64,000 nucleotides of DNA from an uncultured Solirubrobacteraceae bacterium (GTDB taxonomy: Bacteria > Actinomycetota > Thermoleophilia > Solirubrobacterales > Solirubrobacteraceae): positions 1 to 64,000 of the forward strand of contig CAZPQW010000011.1 in assembly GCA_964588985.1 (NCBI GenBank), given 5' to 3'. Each line of letters opens with the position of its first letter. Position 1 is the stretch's first letter. A program made the translations under genes and the position numbers. The notes below the pieces were generated by a model that did not search any database, was not told the DNA's origin, and saw nothing but the letters and a program-made list of their open reading frames with translations. Below, in pieces: positions 58,473 to 64,000 of this stretch.

Positions 58473-59176
58473 CCAGCCGACGCAGGGACCAGATCTGGGT
58501 CCAAACCGTCGGACAGACGCCCGTCTTTGAGCGTATAGACACGGTCGACGAGCTGGCTCGCATGCGGATCGTGCGTTACCAGCAGGCCCGGCGTCTGGTG
58601 TTCGTGGCAGATATCGCGCAGCAGTTCGAGGGTCTGACTGCTGCGACGCGAGTCGAGGTTGCCCGTCGGCTCGTCGGTGAGCAGCAGCCGCGGCTCGTTG
58701 ACCAACGCCCGTGCGATCGCAACCCGCTGGCGCTCGCCCATCGACAGCCGGTCGGGCGTGTGTTCGGCTCGGGCGCCCAGCCCCACCCGCTCCAGCCACG
58801 GCTGCGCTCTTCGCCTGGCCTCACGCAGGCTCAGCCCGTGTCCCAGAAGCTTGATCGCGGCGTTGTCGAGCGCGGAGGCGCCGGAGATCAGATGGAACGT
58901 CTGGAAGACGAAGCCGACATCGTGGAGGCGATATGCGGCGCTCTCGGCCGCGCTCATACGCGAGACCTCGCTCCCGTCGAAGTGGATGCTCCCCTCGTCG
59001 GGCGTGAGCAGTCCGGCGGAGAGCAAGAGCAGCGTCGTCTTGCCGGACCCGCTGGGGCCGTACAGCGCTACGAACTCGCCCTCGGAGACCGTCAGCGAGA
59101 CACCGTCGACCGCGTTTACGACCTCGGCGCCACTTGGATAGTGCTTGACGACATCTCGCAGCTCCAGTGCGCTCAC
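58469..59176 (-). CDS. ABC ATP-binding protein (LolD/MacB type)
   Basis: GPSGSGKTT, FVFQ, LSMGERQRVAIARAL, DEPTGNLD and VTHD. Confidence 0.93.
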   Translation of the reverse strand: MSALELRDVVKHYPSGAEVVNAVDGVSLTVSEGEFVALYGPSGSGKTTLLLLSAGLLTPDEGSIHFDGSEVSRMSAAESAAYRLHDVGFVFQTFHLISGASALDNAAIKLLGHGLSLREARRRAQPWLERVGLGARAEHTPDRLSMGERQRVAIARALVNEPRLLLTDEPTGNLDSRRSSQTLELLRDICHEHQTPGLLVTHDPHASQLVDRVYTLKDGRLSDGLDPDLVPASAG

Positions 59177-59916
59177 GGCGAGGAGCGCGCCCTGCCATAC
59201 GCACGCTGGTCCGGAAATTGGACGACCGTGCCAGCCTGGTCCATCGAGCGTAGCCGTCCCTGATCGATCGACATGATCCGGTGCGCACGGCGCAGGGGCG
59301 CCACGTCCTCGGAGGCGACCACGATCGCCACCCGCGAGTCCTTGCCAAGCGAGCACAGCAGGTCGTAGAGCTCCACGCCCTCGCTCGGGCTGAGCAGCAC
59401 CGCCGGCTCGTCGATCAGCAGCAGTCTCGGCTTGTGCACAAACGCGCGGGCGAGGGCGACCCTGACGCGCTCGACGCGTGAGAGGCGATCGGTGGCCATG
59501 TACGCGCAACGCGAGACGCCCATCCTTTCGAGCGCGAGATGAGCCGGCTCCTTGGCCTCGCGCAGGCTCATGCCATCGCTCAGCAGCGGCAGCGCCACGT
59601 GCTCGACGACCGGCTTGTTGCGTCCCGGACGCCAGTCGGTCGACACGAGCCCAATGCCGCCGTAGCGCTGCAGCTTCGCGCGCGCGTCCGCGGACATGCT
59701 CCCCACGTCGCGACCGTCGAACCACACAGACCCCGAGTCGGGGAGTTCCGTGGCCGCTGCCACCCGCAGCAGCGTCGTCTTGCCGGATCGCCGCACGCCC
59801 CATATGCCGACGAAGTCGCCCTCGTCGATTTCCAGCGACAGATCGTCGAGAGCTCGAATCTCCCCACGGCCATCCGCATAGGACTTCGTGACGTGCTGCA
59901 GCGAGAGGAGACTCAT
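59173..59916 (-). CDS. ABC ATP-binding protein, degenerate
   Basis: GVRRSGKTT, LSRVERVRV signature and IDEPAVLL; H-loop replaced by SED. Confidence 0.85.
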   Translation of the reverse strand: MSLLSLQHVTKSYADGRGEIRALDDLSLEIDEGDFVGIWGVRRSGKTTLLRVAAATELPDSGSVWFDGRDVGSMSADARAKLQRYGGIGLVSTDWRPGRNKPVVEHVALPLLSDGMSLREAKEPAHLALERMGVSRCAYMATDRLSRVERVRVALARAFVHKPRLLLIDEPAVLLSPSEGVELYDLLCSLGKDSRVAIVVASEDVAPLRRAHRIMSIDQGRLRSMDQAGTVVQFPDQRAYGRARSSP

Positions 59917-60515
59917 CGCATCCTGCCTGTCGACTCATTGGCTACGAACTCCGCGATCCACCGTCGCGCCATGACGATCCATCGCAACTCCGCTTGAAGG
60001 CTCTCATCGACCGCCATCCGCGTCAAGTTCATCGCGAGGCCCGCCCACGAGCCCATCGGCACCTCGGCTTCCTGGGTCTTGTGCAGCATCGCGAAGCAGT
60101 CGCGTTCGTAGTCGTCGAGCGCGCTCAGAAGCTGGGGCGCGTGTCGCGCGCTCGACATCGCGATCTTCGCCTGCAGCTCCGCGCGCATCGGCTCCTTGCC
60201 GACTGGGGTTTCCATCCACGCAGCCACAACCGACTCGGCCCGCTCGGTCGCCAAGTAGACGCGCTGCCCATCGCCCACCCGCCCCGTCGCCTCCTTGATG
60301 CTCGAGGAGACGAGCCCGTCCTCCTCGAGCCGATCGAGCGTTCCGTAGACGCTCTGCCGGGTCACGCGCCACGCCGGGCCGAGACGCCGCTCGACGAGAG
60401 TTCCCAGGCGGTATCCGCCAAGCGGCTGATCGCCCTCGCTCACGAGCAGCGCGAGGAGCGCCCCCCGCAAGGGCGAGCCTCCCACCTGCTTCTTCTCCGG
60501 CATCGCCGCTGACAT
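59913..60515 (-). CDS. PadR family transcriptional regulator
   Basis: ALLALL..GYRL..W..SVYGTLDRLEEDGLV..VY..T and AELRW. Confidence 0.88.
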   Translation of the reverse strand: MSAAMPEKKQVGGSPLRGALLALLVSEGDQPLGGYRLGTLVERRLGPAWRVTRQSVYGTLDRLEEDGLVSSSIKEATGRVGDGQRVYLATERAESVVAAWMETPVGKEPMRAELQAKIAMSSARHAPQLLSALDDYERDCFAMLHKTQEAEVPMGSWAGLAMNLTRMAVDESLQAELRWIVMARRWIAEFVANESTGRMR

Positions 60516-60713
60516 CGCGCTCCACCCCCAAGTCGAGAGCCGTTTGGCAACAAGAACGATACGTGAAACTTCGATCGGTCGATAGATCGTTGGTCTGGAC
60601 AAAACTATCCCGACCAGCTGGCTGAGCCTTTCACATCCTGCGTATTACTGCTCGCATCTCGCATAGCGACAATGTTTACCGGGACATCCCGAACGTTTCT
60701 CACTGTTTATGAG

Positions 60714-60742
60714 TTGACAACCCATCAGGCGTGACCTATACA
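60714..60742 (+). promoter_or_regulatory. sigma70-like promoter TTGACA-17-TATACA
   Basis: Perfect -35 and 17-nt spacer in an AT-rich divergent intergenic region. Confidence 0.5.
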
Positions 60743-60774
60743 ACGCGCGTCTGGCCGACGATCATCGCGCGTAC

Positions 60775-61164
60775 GTGATTACGAACGCACGAAGCTCCTC
60801 CCATGCCACATCGTCGACCGAGCCGGTGTACATCGAGCTGACCCAGGCCCAGGTCGATCGCGTCGTACGCGGAGCTTCGGGGGCGGGCACGATGTCCGCC
60901 CTGATGGCTGGGCTCGGAGGCGTACGCCAGACGCTGCAGGACGCACCTGAGCAGATCGAGGACAGACGCCTCTCCAGATCGCTGCTGTCCGGCCTGCTGC
61001 TGCTCGCCTGCTTCCCGACCGACGGCACGTACCTCAGCAACACCGAGGTCGCGCGACTGGTCGGCATGAACATGAGCACCGCCCACCGCTACATCTCCAC
61101 GCTCGTCTCGGTCGGACTGCTCGAACGCGACCCCGGAACGCGTCACTACCGGCTGGCGCAATGA
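60775..61164 (+). CDS. Stand-alone IclR-type HTH protein
   Basis: SLLSGLLLLACF..LSNTEVARLVGMNMSTAHRYISTLVSVGLLERDP..YRL; no effector domain; start uncertain. Confidence 0.8.
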   Translation: MITNARSSSHATSSTEPVYIELTQAQVDRVVRGASGAGTMSALMAGLGGVRQTLQDAPEQIEDRRLSRSLLSGLLLLACFPTDGTYLSNTEVARLVGMNMSTAHRYISTLVSVGLLERDPGTRHYRLAQ

Positions 61165-61814
61165 CGCTCCCCTTCGCCGCGGATCTCGGATCGACGACTC
61201 GGCCGTCCACGATCGATGACGGCCCGACGATCGTCGGCGAGGAGCAGGAGCTGCTCGATCTGCAGACCCAGCTGCTGCTCGCCGATCGCACCCATCCGGT
61301 CGTGGCGCTCACTCTCGACGAAGAGGAGATCGACGCCGCCGTCCTTTGGCTCGAGGAGATTCGCCCGATCGTCGGCCCGGACACGCGCGTCTACTTCGTC
61401 GAGGAACCTCTGTTGAGCCTCCTGCGCGAGGGACTCGGACGCAAGCTCGCACTGACACCCGGCTCGGCGCGGATCTGGTGGCCGGGGCTCTCCACGCGCA
61501 GCGATCCCGGCGACCACCCACTCGTGCTGGCGCTCGAGGGCGAGAGCCGCGTGGACGTGCTCGCTGAGCTCGCTCGCCAGTTCGACCTCAGCCGCCCGCA
61601 CGTCCGCCGCGAGCTCAAGCTCATCGAGGATGCTCGAGCGCTGGCTGAACACCGTCTCGCCGAGATCGTCGAGCAGGACCAGAGGACGGCGGAGCGCCTG
61701 CGCGACGCCCACCGCGAACGCCACCGTGAAGCGACCCGCGCACAGGCAGCCGAGGCTCGGCTGAACGATGCGCTCAAGCGGCTCGCGGAGTGCGACTGCG
61801 AAGAGTCGGCCTAG
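61161..61814 (+). CDS. Hypothetical protein with C-terminal coiled coil
   Basis: ATGA-coupled to the HTH gene; RTHPVVAL and GSARIWWPG..DP.DHPL. Confidence 0.72.
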   Translation: MTLPFAADLGSTTRPSTIDDGPTIVGEEQELLDLQTQLLLADRTHPVVALTLDEEEIDAAVLWLEEIRPIVGPDTRVYFVEEPLLSLLREGLGRKLALTPGSARIWWPGLSTRSDPGDHPLVLALEGESRVDVLAELARQFDLSRPHVRRELKLIEDARALAEHRLAEIVEQDQRTAERLRDAHRERHREATRAQAAEARLNDALKRLAECDCEESA

Positions 61815-62611
61815 GGGACCAGCTCGACCCCGAGCGCGCTCGCCAGCGTCGCGAGGCCCTCGACCACGTCTCCGTCGAAGCGCACGCTCGCGATCTCGTC
61901 CAGCGGCGTGGTGCCCTGGGTGAGGATCGCCACCGATCCACCCCTCGCCCTGGTCAACAGCGGCAGCCCCGCCACGGGATGGACCTCCAGCGAGGAGCCG
62001 ATGCACAGCAGCACGTCAGCGCCTTTGCACAGCTCGCGCGCACGCCCCAGCGAGCGCTCGTCGAGCATCTCGCCGAACAGCACCACATCGGGCTTCAGCG
62101 GGCCGTCGCACGCCTCGCAGCGCGGCACGCCGTCGGGGTCTTCGGCCAGCCGAGTACGCACCTCCTCGAGCCCGATGCGCCCGCCGCAGACGGGGCAGGA
62201 GCACGTGGCGATGCTCCCGTGCACCTCCACCAGCTCACGTGTGCCGGCGACACGGTGGAGCATGTCGATGTTCTGCGTGATCACGCCGTCGAGCATGCCC
62301 CGCTCCTCGAGCGCAACGAGCACACGGTGCGCGCCGTTGGGCTGCTTACCCCCGAGCGTCGCGAAGCGTTCGCCGTAGAAGCGCCAGAAGCGCACCGGGT
62401 CGCCGCGGAATGCCTCGATGTGCGCCACCTCCATCGGGTTCACGTTCTCCCACAGCCCCGTCCGCGGGGTGCGGAAGTCGGGGATCCCCGACGGGACCGA
62501 GATGCCCGCCCCGGTCAGCGCTACGACCGAGCGGGCGCCTTCGATCAGCTCGGCGAGCGTCTGGATCGCCGGGCGCACGCCGAGAGCGGCCGGTAGGCCG
62601 CCCCTACCCAA
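61811..62611 (-). CDS. cobB: NAD-dependent deacylase (sirtuin)
   Basis: TGAGISVPSGIPDFR, ITQNIDMLH, HGS, two CxxC motifs, KPDVVLFGE and GSSLEVHP. Confidence 0.93.
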   Translation of the reverse strand: MGRGGLPAALGVRPAIQTLAELIEGARSVVALTGAGISVPSGIPDFRTPRTGLWENVNPMEVAHIEAFRGDPVRFWRFYGERFATLGGKQPNGAHRVLVALEERGMLDGVITQNIDMLHRVAGTRELVEVHGSIATCSCPVCGGRIGLEEVRTRLAEDPDGVPRCEACDGPLKPDVVLFGEMLDERSLGRARELCKGADVLLCIGSSLEVHPVAGLPLLTRARGGSVAILTQGTTPLDEIASVRFDGDVVEGLATLASALGVELVP

Positions 62612-62614
62612 CTC

Positions 62615-64000
62615 TCACTCGCCCTTGAAGCTCGGCGCGCGTTTGCCGAGGAACGCGGAGATGCCCTCCTTGGCGTCCGCGCTCGCGAACACCGCGGCGA
62701 ACGCACGCTTCTCGTCCTCGACGCCCTGGTCTAGATCGCCGGCCCCTGAGACGCTCTTGATCTGCGCCACCGCGAGCGGCGCCTGCCCGGCGAGCTTGCG
62801 CGCCCACTGCAGCGCGGTGTCGAGCAGTTCGTGGTCCTCAACCAGGCGGTTCACCAACCCGAGCTCGAATGCTTCATCGGCCAGGATCGGATCGCCGACG
62901 AGGTTCATCTCGAGCGCCTTGTTCGTGCCAACCAGGCGTGGCAGACGCTGGGTGCCGCCGAAGCCGGGGATGATCCCCAGCTTGATCTCCGGCTGGCCGA
63001 AGATCGCCGAGCGCGCCGCGATCCGCACGTCGCACGCCATCGCGAGCTCGCAGCCGCCGCCGAACGCGAGGCCGTTGACCGCCGCGATCGTCACGACCCC
63101 GTCCTCGCCGAGCTCTTTGAAGAGCGCGTGCGCGGAGTGGATCAGCTGCTCGCCCGCTGATTCGTCCATCGTCGTGAACGCCTTGATGTCGGCGCCCGCG
63201 CAGTAGAGGAACGGGTTCGAGGAGGCGATCACCAGCGCGTGCACGCCTGAGCTCTTGACCTTGCTCCAGACCTTGCCCAGGTCCTCCACCACCTGCGGGG
63301 AGATCGAGTTCATCTGGCCGTTCGCCAGCCACGCGATCGCCACGCCGTCGGCGCGCGTCTCTAGCTTGACGACCTCGGCCGGCTGCTCGGCGTCCGGCTG
63401 CGGGTAGGCGTAGAAGCCCTGGCCGCTCTTCTGGCCGAGGCGTCCCTGAGCGACGAGACGGCGCAGGATCGTCGGCGGCATGAAGCGCTCGCCGTAGCGC
63501 TCCTGCGCGTTCTCCATCCGCTCGAGGACCGTGTCGAGGCCCTCGACGTCGGCCTTCATGAACGGCGGCATCAACCCTCTGCGAGGGTCCAGGCCGGCGC
63601 CGGCCATCATCCCGAAGTCGATGTCGCGGTGGGTCGCGACGCCCTCCTCGAGCACCAGGCACGCCTCGATCAGTGTCTTCAGCGACAGCATCTCCACCAG
63701 CTCCGCCACGTTCGGCTCGTTGTCGCCCGAGATGTTCGGCTCGCCCTGTGCGTTGTAGAAGCCATCGCCGCCGGTCTTCGCGCCGAGCTTGCCGTCGGCC
63801 ACGAGCTTCTGCATGCCCTTGGGCACGTAGAAGCGTTCCTCGCCGTAGGACTCGACGAGGTGCTCGGCGACGTGCAGCACCGTGTCCAGGCCGAGCAGGT
63901 TCACCAGGTAGTAGGGGCCGATCGGCACCACGCCCGCGGCTCCGACGCCCTCGTCGATCGCTTTGATCGACAGGCCCTTCTCCTCCTGCTCGCGCCACAC
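62615..64000 (-). CDS. 3-hydroxyacyl-CoA dehydrogenase C-terminal domains fused to enoyl-CoA hydratase (5'-partial)
   Basis: GKLGAKTG and GRLGQKSGQGFY; CAGADI, AFGGGCELA and GQPEIKLGIIPGFGGTQRL. Confidence 0.9.
   Translation of the reverse strand: MWREQEEKGLSIKAIDEGVGAAGVVPIGPYYLVNLLGLDTVLHVAEHLVESYGEERFYVPKGMQKLVADGKLGAKTGGDGFYNAQGEPNISGDNEPNVAELVEMLSLKTLIEACLVLEEGVATHRDIDFGMMAGAGLDPRRGLMPPFMKADVEGLDTVLERMENAQERYGERFMPPTILRRLVAQGRLGQKSGQGFYAYPQPDAEQPAEVVKLETRADGVAIAWLANGQMNSISPQVVEDLGKVWSKVKSSGVHALVIASSNPFLYCAGADIKAFTTMDESAGEQLIHSAHALFKELGEDGVVTIAAVNGLAFGGGCELAMACDVRIAARSAIFGQPEIKLGIIPGFGGTQRLPRLVGTNKALEMNLVGDPILADEAFELGLVNRLVEDHELLDTALQWARKLAGQAPLAVAQIKSVSGAGDLDQGVEDEKRAFAAVFASADAKEGISAFLGKRAPSFKGE

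Overview
High-GC actinobacterial chromosome segment. The gene content suggests Thermoleophilia/Solirubrobacterales, which is an inference. It has three parts. (1) Positions 1 to about 12,190 hold the right-hand ~12 kb of an integrated, tailless, internal-membrane virus of the tectivirus/PRD1-Bam35 (double jelly-roll) lineage. It encodes a P9/A32-type packaging ATPase, a Bam35-like major capsid protein, many tiny membrane proteins, a membrane-anchored muralytic enzyme, a penton candidate, two spike proteins sharing an N-terminal module, a 22-aa basic Cys/His peptide, an endolysin and a small regulatory module. It abuts the 5' side of an intact tRNA-Thr(UGU), and its last ORF stops in the anticodon loop. 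The left end and any integrase or polymerase lie outside the window. (2) Positions ~12.2-53 kb are mostly core genes, including the Firmicutes-like block tilS-hpt-ftsH-folP-folB-(mmpL)-folK-coaX-dusB-greA-lysS-clpC-radA-disA-carD-ispD-(PHP)-ispF-cysS-rlmB-sigH. Notable cis features are an apparent AUU start for carD, a terminator in the greA leader, a duplicated ECF promoter motif and operator-like repeats at sigH. (3) Positions ~53-62 kb hold an accessory cluster with PadR, two ABC ATPases (one degenerate), an FtsX-type permease, a DUF2600/YtpB-like terpene synthase and a secreted beta protein. All family assignments come from reading motifs by eye; no searches were run.
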